Assembly: GCA_964016885.1 (NCBI GenBank)
Contig: OZ024745.1
Location: 82,026,001 to 82,090,000 of the forward strand
DNA from: Eledone cirrhosa
Taxonomy: Eukaryota
Length of the DNA: 64,000 nt
Reading direction: 5' to 3'
The notes under the pieces were generated by a model that saw only the letters and a program-made list of their open reading frames with translations, did not search any database and was not told the DNA's origin. The translations under genes and the position numbers were made by a program. Numbering within the stretch: the stretch's first letter is position 1; each line of letters begins with the position of its first letter. Below, piece by piece: positions 26,897-40,096 of this stretch.

Positions 26897-26944
<48 letters not shown>

Positions 26945-27600
26945 AATAAACGTGCTGCGTGGTTGCTAATGGGTTACATATGAATAAAGTTAGTCCTTCA
27001 TCAGTGATCTTCCAACCATCATTGGTATTTCATCGCCTTAAAGACCATATACCTCCGGTTGGTGCGAGCAACGGCTAAAAAAGTCGTTGGGACACGTAAG
27101 TAAAGGGGACACGAGAGTGTAAACAAACAAATATGGTGAAGCAACGAAAAGTAAGGAAGATGGAGTCAAGTCCCAAATTTCCATGAATATAAATTCGGTA
27201 AAATCGTGAACGAGAGAGAATAAAGACCATGAAACCTGGTTGGAATGTGAGCAAGGAAGGAATTCCGTACAGGTCTAACGGGAGGAAGAAGGGATCTAGT
27301 CTGTGAATTCGGTGAACGTAAGTTATGTGAAATCGTAGACGAGAGAGAGAAATATATATATATATATATCTTCAACCATTTATATTTTTATATATTTTTA
27401 TATTTGTATATCTGTTTGACCCGAATTAGGCGGTCGATTTTTCGCTGTGCGGATGATTAGTTTAACCACCATCTCAGTGTGTTTGGCCTTTAACGTAAGT
27501 TGTGAGCTCTAATTCATATTAATTATCGAGCGCTTTCCACACAACTCGGAAGTGGTTTTCGTTAATTCCTGACCTGAAATTCGATTCTCGCTAATTTTTA

Positions 27601-28085
<485 letters not shown>

Positions 28086-28174
28086 CTTCTCTGTTTCCTT
28101 CTTTTTTTTCTCTCACTCTATGTCTCTCTTTCAATCTACTCTTTCAGAACCACTATCTCTGTCTCTCTATTTAC

Positions 28175-28358
28175 GAAGGACCCGGAAAAACCCGTATCTC
28201 GGGAACCCGTGCACCTATTTACGCGAAACTAGTTTTATTTCATTTGTATTCCCATTTCAGGGGCAACTTCCTTTCAAAGTATTTTCCCATTATGCGCCGT
28301 TTTGGCTGTATTAAATTACAGACAAGCACACAACCACAGAGTTTTAGTAGTACATAGA
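28175..28358 (-). mobile_element. Possible 5' end of a non-autonomous Helitron
   Basis: Minus strand reads A|TCTATGTACTACTAAAACTCTG, resembling Helitron TC 5' termini. No matching 3' end found. Confidence 0.3.
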
Positions 28359-28662
28359 TATACCAATATATGATACTTTAATAAGACATTACAATATATT
28401 CAGAACAGTACTAGAAGCAATTTTTTAGGGTAGCATTGGAAATTTCTTGTTCTTTTATTGGTTTTGTATGCTGTCTCATTTTATATATGTTGTATAATTT
28501 TCTTTGCTCGTCATATCAAAATTACATCTGTATAAAACACCACCGCTTTTGTTATTTGTCGTAGTTGTCCTCCCAACCACTGTCATGGCACCTACAATGT
28601 TTGTTTGAAAGAATTGCAATGTCTATTATGACGCATTATCTTTTATCCATTTCACGTATAAT

Positions 28663-28850
28663 TGTTTCTACTTTTGGCACAAGGCCAGCAATTATCCCAG
28701 TGTATTACTGGTACTTTATTTTATCGACCCCGTAAGGATGAAAGGCAAAGTTAACTTCGACGGGATTTGAACTCAGTCCGTAAAGGGACGTAACTGTGCT
28801 GTAAAGCATGGCGTCCGACCCTCTACCGATACTGCCAATCCACCGCCCTT
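28663..28850 (-). mobile_element. tRNA-derived SINE, full length, 15-bp TSD
   Basis: A-box TGGCAGTATCGG, B-box GAGTTCAAATCC, body GCCTTTCATCCTTACGGGGTCGATAAA (resembles the Meta-SINE central domain). TSD CATTTCACGTATAAT at 28648-28662 and 28851-28865. Confidence 0.92.
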
Positions 28851-29181
28851 CATTTCACGTATAATGATACTAAGTCGACTGTGCTGAATTATTCTATCTC
28901 TCTAGATGTTAAAGTCCCTTAGAATCCTAGGTTTACCAAGTTCGTTAAGAACATTTCTGGTTTATGAATATACCACCGGTTTCAGCTGTTATATTCCTTT
29001 ACCTATTTTAGTCCATGTGCTCCGGCCACGACAAAGTGACCAGTGCAAATGGAGACAAATCTAATTGTTACCAAATCCATGGCTTTAATTGTTGGGGGCA
29101 ACTATATCATAGCTTGCTCAAATGTGGTCAATATTTTACACTCGCTCATTATATATAGGGAATTTATCTGTGTAATAAATA

Positions 29182-29875
29182 TTCTTCTTCTTCTTCTTAT
29201 CGAATCGCTACACTACACCTATCCAATGTTGCGCACAGAGCCTTGTCGGGGTTGTTAAGGTTTCAAGGTGCTTCATGGTTTCTAATTGCCGACATTGACA
29301 GTTGGAAACATGATCGGTGGTACATCCCCATTCGGAGGCGATTCAGGCCGGACCAGAAGGTGCCAGGCATCAGTAGAGCCTGTGGTGAGGGATTCTGTAG
29401 GGCTGAGATAGAGCCTGAGTTCCACGTTGTGAAGGTCGCTTCACCACAGAGACAGGTGCTGACTAGAAGCTCTGTTGTTCAGTGGTTTGACTGAGTGTAA
29501 AAAGCTGTGTCTTGATTTGAGACTATTTGTCATTAGTTCACAGCCGTGGAGTAGATGACGAGGGTCAGTTTCCTGCTTCAATTTCTCGAATTGGGAGAGG
29601 ACTGTCCTGATGTGAGGGGGATCACTGCCACAAACAAATATAGGTTATCTACTTTGCTTGGCTTGAGACACACATTGATTGATCTGCAAGAGGCGTTTAG
29701 GGCAGGGTCGATTTTCTTCGCATGTAATGATGGTGAGGAATATTCTACAGTAAAGTAGCAAAGTGTTAGGGCTGTGGTTCGGCTTGTACCGACATGGGCA
29801 TCCCATTTGGTGTTAGCCAGCTTCTTTAGGATGTTGTTTCTTGATCCAACATTGGCTTTAGTCTTATTCATTGAA
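29182..29875 (-). mobile_element. Ingi/Vingi-like LINE 3' fragment with (GAA)n tail
   Basis: SRNNILKKLANTKW..TSRTTALTLCY..VEY motif and a (TTC)n run at 29182-29198. Confidence 0.65.
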
Positions 29876-30448
29876 TATCCTTATTCATTGAATAAGTATT
29901 TAGTGCTTGATCCTCAACACCAACCAGCTTGCACTTCGTTTCTCTATTTAAATCTCCACTCCAGAGTCACTCCCACGTAAATATATTTCTTCGAGCATTT
30001 TTTACTTTTACAAGTTAGCTTATTATACATTTTGCTACGGCATCTTTAGATAGTTCTTGTTTTGGCAAGGACATGTTTTACTGACCTTTACTCTCTATTC
30101 ACAAAGTTAGAAATGTTAATAAGTCATCTCTCTCCAAACTTCATTCTCATGCATAGATGACTGACATTTGCTTACGGATGAAGCACACCATGTATTAGTT
30201 AGATTTTCTATCTAATGAATCTATCTTATCTTTCGTTCAATTCACTATTCCAGGATTATAACGGATGACTGCAACCATCCATGTGTTGATCACATTTATC
30301 AAATTCCTTGGATTAGGCTTGTACTCCCGATATGCAGCTTTAATCTTTTCAAATATGTTATTTGCAGTTTTTCCTTAATTTCTATTTGCTTGATGTTATT
30401 AATTTCCTCTAAGTCCTTTATTCCGATGAGACAAAGAGAAGAGAAGAG

Positions 30449-30533
<85 letters not shown>

Positions 30534-30795
30534 TTTCTTTTTATTTGCCACCAGGGCATCAAAAAGTGGGACAAGTACAATGGGGGGAGTTTACATAACA
30601 AGGCGTCCTCAATAAGGAGGAGGCTATAACAATGTATAAAAATAAAATAAAATATAACAAAATAGATTTTATAACAAAATCCTCAACAAGGAGGAGGCGC
30701 CTTGGGGGGTCGCAAACACCCCCGAAAAAAGTGTGCAACTCTTCTCCTCAGGAGCACAGAGAGGGGGTGCTCCCTTGATTTTTCATCTTCCTCAC

Positions 30796-33700
30796 CTATA
30801 GTCTTATGTAGAGTGAAGGCCCATTCACACGGGCCATTCTCGCCACTTTCACCCATCTTTCATAAAAGCAGCTGGGGTGCAGCACCTCTCTCTCCATCCT
30901 GATCCTTCTTCCGAAATGATATCGGAAGAAACGGACCAGTTGTTGGCCAGAGAGAAAGGTGTCTGACCTCAGTCCTTTCAGACGCGTCCACCATATAACC
31001 TCTTTCGCCATGGCTATTACGCACAGAAACACCGCCTCTGCTTCATCTTTGAAGGGGGGAGGCGGCTTGATCATTACAATAGACTCGGTGGTCAACCGGA
31101 TCGGTCCCACCCTTGACAGCAGTTGTTCGACATAGCCCCACAGATCGGCAATGCCCGAGCAGTGTACCAATGCGTGTGCAACAGTTTCCTCGTCGCACAC
31201 GCATCTGGGACAGATCTTTTTCGAGGGGTCCCTACCCGGGCGCCCGTGTCTGTAGAGCCTTTCTCGAACCGGCAGAGCCCCTCGGTAGCACTGCCAGGCC
31301 AGGGACATCTGGAAGTTATCCATGGGTCCCGGGCTGAATGTCCTACCGAACAGGTTGTCCAGTTCGTCTTCCTCCATGCCTAGGGCTTCTCCGAGGGCGT
31401 CGTCGCACCTGCTAACCACCAGCCCTCTATAGAATGACGAGGTGGATTCTCCACTGACAGCCGGATCCGCCTGCCAGGGAGCCATGAGCGTCTGGGCACA
31501 CTCGGTGTGCCAAGCGCCCAGTTTTCTCGGTCTTTGCTTGACCCAGGATTGCAGCTCGGTGAGTGAGACGAGTCTGGGAAAGGCTCGCCTCACAAACGGG
31601 GCCCACACCGGTTGACCGGTGAGGAATACCTGGAGGTGCCGTAGCCTTAATGCGTGTTTACGTATCATTAGCCACGGCATCCCCAGCCCTCCTTTCGAAG
31701 AGTGTTGACAGCAGATGGATCTCCTCACCATAGGAGCCCGCTTCTTCCAAAGGAATTGGAAGAGTGCGTGCTCTATTTTGGCGAGCGTTTTCTTTGGGCA
31801 AGGCACAACGGTCAGGCGGTAGTAGATGACGGACGCTATATAAGTGTTCGCCACCTCCGCCCAACCTTTCAGGGACAGTTTGCACTCGGCCCACTTCTGG
31901 GTCAGTGCAAACACCCTGTTCGTTACCTCACCCCAGTTCTTCTCCACCTGGAGGTCTGGTCCGAACCAGACTCCGAGCAACTTCACCGGGCCCTCCGTCC
32001 AGCGCCCGACGACGCCATCGGAGGGCATCGATCTGCCCCTCCACGTGCCGAGTTGCAGACCGGTCGACTTGTCCCGGTTCAGCTTAACCCCTGTAAACCT
32101 TTCGTACTCCTCCAGTAAGGTGCCGATCGCCTCGATTTCCGAGGCCGTCGACACCATTACTGTTACGTCATCGGCGTAGGCCGACACCGCTTTCCGCAAT
32201 CTCGGTTCCAACGGGATGCCCTGCAACAACTCCAACTTCCGCAGCAGTGGCTCTAGAGTCATTACATACAGAAGGGAGGAGAGAGGGCACCCTTGTCGGA
32301 TGAACCGCGCGATTTCGAACGGCTTCGAGAGGTAGCCGTTCACCTTGACCCTAGAGCAGATGCGGCTGCTGTGCATGGCATTGATCCAGCCCCTGAAAAC
32401 GGGTCCGAAGCCTGCCGCCGCTAGCACCGCATCCAGGTAACCATGGTCGACCTATCGAACGCCTTAGATTGATCCAAGTTGATCAGGGCCCCACCAAAGC
32501 CGGGTTCGTTTCCAACCCTCTCTATGATGTATCGCATGAGGTGGAGGTTGTCGTGGATGGACCTGGACGGGATAGCACATGTCCGCGCATCTCCCACCAG
32601 GTTGCCCACGACAAGCGCCAACCTCTTTGCTAGCACCTTGGCCAAAATCTGTAACTCTGTATTTAGCAGTTATGGGCCTGAAATTATTTATATCGTCCCC
32701 CTTGTTCTCGTCCTTCCTCACTAGCGTGACTACGCCCTTGGTCACAGCACAGGGAATTCTCCCGTTCTGTTGCCAGTTGCAGTAGACCGCCTCGAGGAGA
32801 TCGGGGAACAAGTCCGTCATAGCTAGATACAGTTCGTATGGAAGACCATCGAGACCCGGGGATTTGCGTTTGCCACATTGGCTCAGCACGTCCTCTATCT
32901 CAGCGGGTGAAATCGGCTCCTCGCAGGACTTCGCCTCCCTGTCTGAGAGACGCAGCAGGCCGTCGAGGTATGGAACGAAGTCCGCTTCCCCATCCGGCTC
33001 CCCACCCCTTCCGAACAATCTGGCAAAGTGCTTTTGAAAAGCCTCGCACATCTGCTTAGGCTCAAGGATCACCCGTCCATCCTGGTCTCGCAAAGACCGG
33101 ATAGTGGATCTACTCCCTCTTTTGGCCTCTGTCACGCGGACCCAGCTAACAGCTTTGGTCCCCTCGTTTCCCAGAACACGTATTTTGCTTCGGACGATGC
33201 AGCCTTCGTGTTTCGCGTCGAAGAACTGGCTCAGGGCCGTTCTCGACGCTAGCACTCTGGCTACGTCGTCGCTTCTAATTGCCTCTTCTACACTATCTAC
33301 CAACTCCCTTTCCTTCCTATTTCTATTAGAGGCTGACTCCTTACTAAATTCTATAGATACTACTCTAATCTCTCTTTTGAGAGATCCCCACCACCTGCTG
33401 TTGACGATGGCGCCCGTCAACCGCTCCTTAACTAAAGTGCTAATCCGGTCCCTGTAAGCCTTACTTGCCGGTAAGGACAAGTTGAGCTTCCAGTAACCGG
33501 GTCCCTGTCTATGCGTTCTGTCAACTTGACCATGCAGCTCACTAACTTGTGGTCTGAATAGCCAACCATGCGCATTTTTGGACAACTTAAAAAGTCCTTA
33601 TCCTTATTTCTAACTAAGAACGTATCTAGGTACGACCTAGATGATCCGCTGCGGTTTGCCCAAGTCCAGGTTGGTGCAGTCGGAAAATCTAGTCGATATC

Positions 33701-34229
33701 TATCGGCCAGGTCAAATCGACCGATTAACCCTTTGAGGCTATTACACCCCTCTCTATCGGGACAGGCCCCTACGTTGTCCCAGCGTGCATCTAGGATACC
33801 ATTCCAGTCCCCCACTAATAGCAAGGAGCGGGACGTCCCTAGAAAAGTCTCCAGACGATGGAAGAAGTTCGGTCGCATTGACCCGAAAGGGCCGTAGACG
33901 GCTACCAACCTAAACGCTCCGCCATCACCACTGCCAAGGTCCAGAACCACTAGTCGACCCTCCGGGTCCAAATGTACCGTCTGTGTTGCGAGACCCAGAT
34001 GTTTTTGCAGCAGAACGACAACTACACCCCCACCTCCGGGCTGAAAGAGAGATGCGTGCATCTCAAAGTCATCAAAGGTGGGGGCCAGCTGTCGCATGTT
34101 GCTGATCCGGGCCTCGAAAATAACCATCACATCTATACGTTGTGACCTGAGGTTATTTAGAAGCATTGCTTGCTTCCAAGTTGAGCCCAGGCCACGCGCA
34201 TTTAGACAGCCTACTCTTAGCATAGCCAT
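30796..34229 (-). pseudogene. Tx1 ORF2 (copy 2), frameshifted
   Basis: Fragments 33432-34253, 32464-33585, 32421-32645 and 30796-32427 are near-identical to the ORF2 at 43499-46935. Confidence 0.92.
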
Positions 34230-34253
34230 GTTGGTGGTGAAGAGAAAAGGCAC

Positions 34254-36142
34254 TTACCTCTCTGCGTCCCGGGTATCGGGTTGCACAATTTCCATGAGGG
34301 TGGGGGATGGGTTGTTGGGTGGGGTGGTGGTTTCTGGCGGGGTGGGAACGGAGGTGTTTGGTGAGGAAGGGGTGTCTGGTGGGGCGGGGATGACTTGGGT
34401 GGCGGTGCCTGTGGTGGGGAGGCCTTTGTAGAGGACGCGGTTGATTGGTTTCACGCAGGAATTCCCCACGTCCTCTACAAATGTTTCTTTTAGGGATCTA
34501 TAAGTTCCTATAGGGACCCTGATCAGTTTTAGGTTCATTTTTTTGTTTTTGTTGGAGCTATCCAAAGTTTTCCCTTCGGTTTTGACCAAAGGGTTGTTTC
34601 TGATGGTCTCCATCAGTGTTCTATTTTCTTCGTTTATGTAAGTGTATGTGTACTTTTCCTGTGTTGTGTTTGTTTTTGTCTGTGGTTCCTGCATGTTTTC
34701 TCTTTGTTGTGGGTGTTTTGTTTTCGGGAGGGGGAACTTTTGTTTGTGATTTTTGTGCTGTTTGTGCTGGTGTTTGTGTGTTTGTTTCGTTTTTGTTCAT
34801 GCGGTTCTTTCTTTTTATTCTTTTCACGGGTTGGAAGGGTTCCTCCTCATCGCCGCTGAGTGCCGTCGATAGGGGTTCCTCATCCGTGTTGATGGGTAGG
34901 GGTATGTTTTGGGTGGGTAGGGGTTGGGTGGGATAGTGTTCTCTGTTGTTTTTTCTTGTTGTCGTGGTGGTGGTGGTGGTGGTTGTGTTGTTATTTGTGG
35001 TGTTGGTAAAAGTGGTTTTTTTTTTTGTTAAGAACAGGCAGCCCTTAGGTGACCTCTGCTTGCACAGTGGTAACATGCGGACCGCCTACCCTCAACCGAA
35101 ATGTTTATGTAGGTCTGTCCATCCAGAGGTACTCTCTGTGGGATTTTCATTATACGTTCTGGGCTCATCTGCACCAGAATTTCGACGCTAGTCCCACTAA
35201 ATATATCTCTGGAGGATTTTCCTACTGAGATCAAAGTGTCTTGTTCAAAGTCAATTAGGCCATAAAGTATCCACCAAATATCTACTTTGGGTCTTATACA
35301 TGTAATTTTTATTTTTTGCGTTCTTTTTCCCATGTATGTAGGGAAAAATGTAAAATGCGTGGACACAATGGGCGCGATGGAATATTTTTGTGCTGTTATG
35401 TTGTTTTTCATTAGCACCGAGATGCTGCCGAAAAGTTTGGCTTTCTGAATAAATAAAATGTTATCCATATGGTTTCTTAATACTAGCTCAATCTCACTCT
35501 GAGATAGTTGAGCTGGTTTTTTTGATGCATTTGAGATTGTCCTGAAAACCACCGTGTTCAGGGCATTTTCTCTCCTTAGTTCTTGTGGTGAATTTATGCT
35601 AAATGACCCATTGGGTCCAAAAGTCACATATTGTTTAGCTTCTTCCAACTTTTGTTTCGCGTTGGTTAAATCCAAAAGTTGAAATATTTCCGTTTTTTTA
35701 CGGTATCAGCAAAATAAATTTTGCTGTTGTTGTCTTTCTTGTTGTTGTTGTCACTGTTGTTTGTATTTTCTTTGGTGTTTGTGTTGACATTATTTTTCTT
35801 TTGATTGGTGTTGTTGGATGTGCTTTCAATTTTTTCATTTTCTGTATTTTTTGGTGTCAGTTGTGGGCTGTTATTTTCATTTTTTGTTGTGTGAATTTCC
35901 ATTTCTTTACGAAAGGAATTGTTAACTACATATATATCTTTCTGTCTGTGGATACATGTGACGTTTGTGACGTCAGGCGTGTTCAGTTGCTGACAAGCAG
36001 CTGAAGCTTGTTCCACTTCTAGATGTTGAGGCGATGATGTTGGCTTTTCTTTGTCCATGTCTGCTACTACCTGCTGGTCAAGTAGGCATGGCTTTCCCTT
36101 CCCGTCTTCTTGTTTTGGCAAAGAAGTAGGTGCTTCGGCCAT
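34254..36142 (-). pseudogene. Tx1 ORF1 (copy 2), frameshifted
   Basis: Four colinear fragments homologous to 41681-43474. Confidence 0.85.
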
Positions 36143-36351
36143 TTAAAAAAAAATGTACTGTTTTGCAAAAATATTTTGGATGTTTTTGCCCTGAAGAGCA
36201 CGATATTTTGGAGGACTGACCAGATCAAAATTTGACCTGTCAGTCCCTCTACAAATTGGTATAAAATTAAAAGTTCGCAATGACGAATTTCTAAGGAAAT
36301 TTAAACAAAACTTACCGAGCAAGTTTAACACGTGTCCATCCAGATAGAGAT

Positions 36352-36425
<74 letters not shown>

Positions 36426-36549
36426 AAGTCCATTAGAATATGTTTACTTTTCTTTCTGCTTGGTTGAAGTCGCATCTTATGCACCAATTTCGATTCTAAT
36501 ATCACTGCAACACTTTTACTGTTTCGGCATATAAATAAATCTCCTTGTT

Positions 36550-37822
36550 TGACTCCCTACATTGCCCCCCCCCCCCCCAACAAAAAAGAGGAGGATAAAA
36601 GTAAAAAAATGAAAAAGTCAACGACCCCACCGCAATCACCATCAACAGCCACACCCCCACAATCACTTACACCATCACCACCACCACCGACAAACACAGA
36701 AAGCACCAACATCCCAAAAGCAGACACAATACACAGCTATAGACACAGACAACACAAAGCTTTTAAATTACATTGAACACCACACCAACATCACAGAAAC
36801 AAATTACACACAAAGCTCCAAAATTGCATCTCCCCCACACAAAAATAATTGAAATCTCTCAAAAGAATTACACAACATCAAAGAAAACCTTGCCCGCGGC
36901 AATTGGAGACTATGGAGGGAACCCCACCAAAAGAATTTATTCTGACATTCTCGTGAGAAATCCACCATTGGTTGGAGGGATGGATCACCCACCCCCTTCC
37001 TAAAAAAATGCCAAAAGTAAAGTTTTTTTACTTATCCCCTCTCACTTGTTTTCCTCCTATCTTAGCCAATATGGCTTCTCTCAGGATAGGCAGTATAAAT
37101 GCACGGGGCTTGGGGTCGTCTTAGAAGCAGGGTCACCTGCTCAACGTTCTCAGGTCGCTAAACATTATATGTGGTGGCCATCAGCCACATTTTCGCACAC
37201 ATTTTCGGCGGCTATAATGTGTAAACATCGCCAAGCCCGGATCTGGTCTGGCTGTGTTGTTCCGGAGAAGTCTGGATCTCGAATTACGTGCCATCATCTT
37301 GGACCCAGAAGGTAAGTTGGTGGTGCTAGACGTGACCAGCTGAGAATGGCAAGCTTTCAGGCTAGTGGCCGCCTATGTCTAGATAGGGGCAGGACGGCCA
37401 CTTGGAATCCCTCGTCAACTATTTCAAGTTTCACTTGGAAAGCAAGGTGAGGGGAAGAGTGAAGTGCTGCCCCCCACCCCTGTACATTTGCTAAAAGGTG
37501 GGTGGATGTGGCGAGAATGCCCCATGTGAATGGACTTACTCTGAACATGCGCCTATAGGCCGGTGGATTTGAGGCGGAGGGGAGTGCTCTTCCCGGATGT
37601 CCTCGAAGCGTCGGGTGGTTCAGGATGGTGGGGTACCTGAATCGCTCCTGGGTAGTTCTCCCCTGTATTGGGGAATTCTGTTGTTTGTATTTTTCTTGTT
37701 TATTGTTATTATTTTTATATTGTTTATTCGATTTGATTGTAAACCCCCATTGTCCCTGTCTTTCTGTATTGTTCCCTATGTGTATGCCCCAATGGCCAAT
37801 AAATAAATAATAATAATTATTA
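36550..37822 (+). mobile_element. Internally deleted Tx1-clade LINE (copy 4)
   Basis: ORF1 C-terminal remnant, then ORF2 start at 37071 (MASLRIGSINARGLG..KQGHLLN, DPEGKLVVLD), jumping at ~37400 to the ORF2 end (RWVDVARM..VNG..L* at 37558). 3' UTR, AATAAA and (TAA)n tail follow. Confidence 0.8.
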
Positions 37823-37825
37823 TTA

Positions 37826-38060
37826 GGGTGGTGGATTGGCAGTATCGGTACAGCGTTGGACACTATGCTTTGTGGACGTAGAGTTATGGTATTTTACGTT
37901 CTGAGTTCAAATTCCGCCGATGTTAGGGTCGATAAAATGGAGCGCCAGTAATGAACTGGGGTCGATTTAATCGACCCCCCCCAATTGCTGGCCTTGTGCC
38001 TATATAAAAAACCATTATTGTTTTTGTTGTGGCCTTGTGCCAAAAGTAGAAACAACTATT
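37826..38060 (+). mobile_element. tRNA-derived SINE, internally deleted
   Basis: GGTGGATTGGCAGTATCGG head, GAGTTCAAATTCC, GGCCTTGTGCC tail present twice. Confidence 0.75.
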
Positions 38061-38511
38061 ATTGTTTTTGTTGTGTATCTTAATTTTTTTAAACAGTTTG
38101 CAATTCAGCAACAGAATAACAACCCCAAAAATATTAATAATAATAATAAAAAGAACTATAATGCCTTTACTCTTCTTTAATAACTCATAATAAACGAAAG
38201 AAGAGTAGGGAAAATGAGAATAAGAGTGGAAGTGAGGAGAGAAAGAGAGAGAACGATTAAGAGAGAAAAAGTGAGAGGCAGCAGTGAAGCATTCATAATG
38301 GCCAAACATTCCTTCTTTTGGCTATCAGGTTTTATTTCTTCACTAACTTGCCAGTTAGTTAAAATTAACATGCAAGCCTGGAGCTGTTCCCGGGTCATCT
38401 CGTTTTTCGACACTCGGTCTTAATCTAAAGGCAACAATTAGAACCCCAAAAGTAAAAGCACATCTACAATGACATAAGAATCAAAAGGGCAAATTTTCAC
38501 ATGGAAAATTA

Positions 38512-38632
38512 TAATTGTTACTACTTTTTAGCACAAAGCCAGCAATTATCCAGTACATTACTGGTACTTTATTTTATCGACCCCGCAAGTACGAAAGGCA
38601 AAGTTAACCTCGGCGGGATTTGAACTCAGATC
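38512..38632 (-). mobile_element. 5'-truncated SINE
   Basis: Matches the 3' two-thirds of 28663-28850. Confidence 0.8.
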
Positions 38633-38736
38633 ACATGGAAAATTATAATGCACTAATTTGTTACAAATATCTATATTGGAGAGCTGGTAAAAGCGGAGAA
38701 TATCAGAGAAGCAATGTCTATTTATCTTTATGCAAA

Positions 38737-38789
<53 letters not shown>

Positions 38790-38791
38790 CC

Positions 38792-38863
<72 letters not shown>

Positions 38864-39039
38864 CATAGATATACACACATATATATATGTGTGTGTGTGT
38901 GTGTGATAGATTATATTTTTTTGCTTCTAAAACCTTATTTATTCAACTTGTTCAACTATTTTATAGTCAAATCAGCGTTGTGCAACTCACAACAAGATAA
39001 CCCACTTTTAAAATTCACATTTGCTCAACGTTTTGTAAA

Positions 39040-39677
39040 ACCTCAAATTTGGTCCGAGATGTTAAAAGCTTTAAATAGAGAAAGTATTCTCTGGCTGACT
39101 TGTGTGTGCCGTATGGCCTGGATCTCTGTAAAGGCACCTAAGCAATAGAAATCGGAAGTGATAATCCCAATCTTTAAAAAGGGAGATAAGAGAGATTGCT
39201 TCAGTTATAGAGGGATCTTTTTGTTAATCCTCCTCGGTAAAGTCAATGCTAAGCGTAGACCCCGAAAAGACATATATATGGCGGCGTGTCCACAGGAGCT
39301 GTTGTGGAAGGTTCTGCAGGAGTATATGATCGATCAACAGTCTTTTGTTGACCCGATGTCTCTATACGAATGCTTCATTCAATGTGGGTGTCGGACTGCA
39401 CCAAGTGTGCGTACGGTCGCTTCCCCTGTTCATTATGGACATGATTGACATGTGTAGCCGAGATGGAAGAGATAACGAGACAAACGAGTATAGGATCAAC
39501 CGACTGGAATTTACGGACGACATGGTACTACTTAACACGTCGGAAGCTAATCTCCGATATGCAGTTGATAGGTTTGTTGCTGAATGCTGTATGATAAGAA
39601 TGAAAATCAGTACTTCAAAGACTGAGGCACTCGTCCTCTCAAGGAATGCTACGCAGTGCACTCTATATGTGAGTTGA
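39040..39677 (+). mobile_element. Degenerate RTE-clade LINE RT fragment
   Basis: IIPIFKKGDKRDCFSYRGI, VGLHQ, FTDDMVLL, KISTSKTE. Confidence 0.8.
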
Positions 39678-39792
39678 TTTGCTTAGTTTATGATTGGTAC
39701 CGACCGAGCTTGACTCTGGAATCGATACCGATCGTACCTTGAGCTGATCGATCACGAAACGCACAACACATACATACACACACACGCACCCC

Positions 39793-39891
<99 letters not shown>
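39793..39891. repeat. (TATC)n microsatellite
   Basis: Direct inspection. Confidence 0.98.
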
Positions 39892-40096
39892 AAATATATG
39901 TGTAGATATATATATATGTGTATGAAATATATGTATAAACATGTATAGGATATATATATATATGATATATATGTGGATATGACATATATATATATGTATG
40001 TATAAAATATGTATAATATATATATGTATAATGTATATGTGTATGTGTGTATAAGATATATATATATATATAAAATATATATATATATGTGTGTGT

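Larger units (their letters stand above)
25488..26899. repeat. Palindromic array of a ~490-510-bp retrozyme-like unit
   Basis: Left arm 25488-26186 (sense -, period ~510) and right arm 26195-26899 (sense +, period 486) are reverse complements. (TA)n on both flanks and inside each unit. Confidence 0.9.
30531..36343 (-). mobile_element. Full-length Tx1-clade LINE (copy 2), frameshifted
   Basis: 5' UTR 36343-36143, ORF1 fragments 36142-34254 (CYHC..GH..C knuckle), ORF2 34229-30796 (EN, RT YADD, CPRC..H..C), 3' UTR with AATAAA. (GATA)n/(GA)n on both sides. Confidence 0.95.

Noticed and set aside
27521-27570. GAAAGCGCTC half-hammerhead on the minus strand
   Set aside because: No recognisable CUGANGA or UUGANAA half.
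28790-28850. tRNA gene
   Set aside because: The A and B boxes belong to a SINE head, and no cloverleaf can be drawn.
40009-40096. Apparent novel N-terminus on a 361-aa ORF
   Set aside because: Chance in-frame low-complexity insert upstream of the truncated Tx1.
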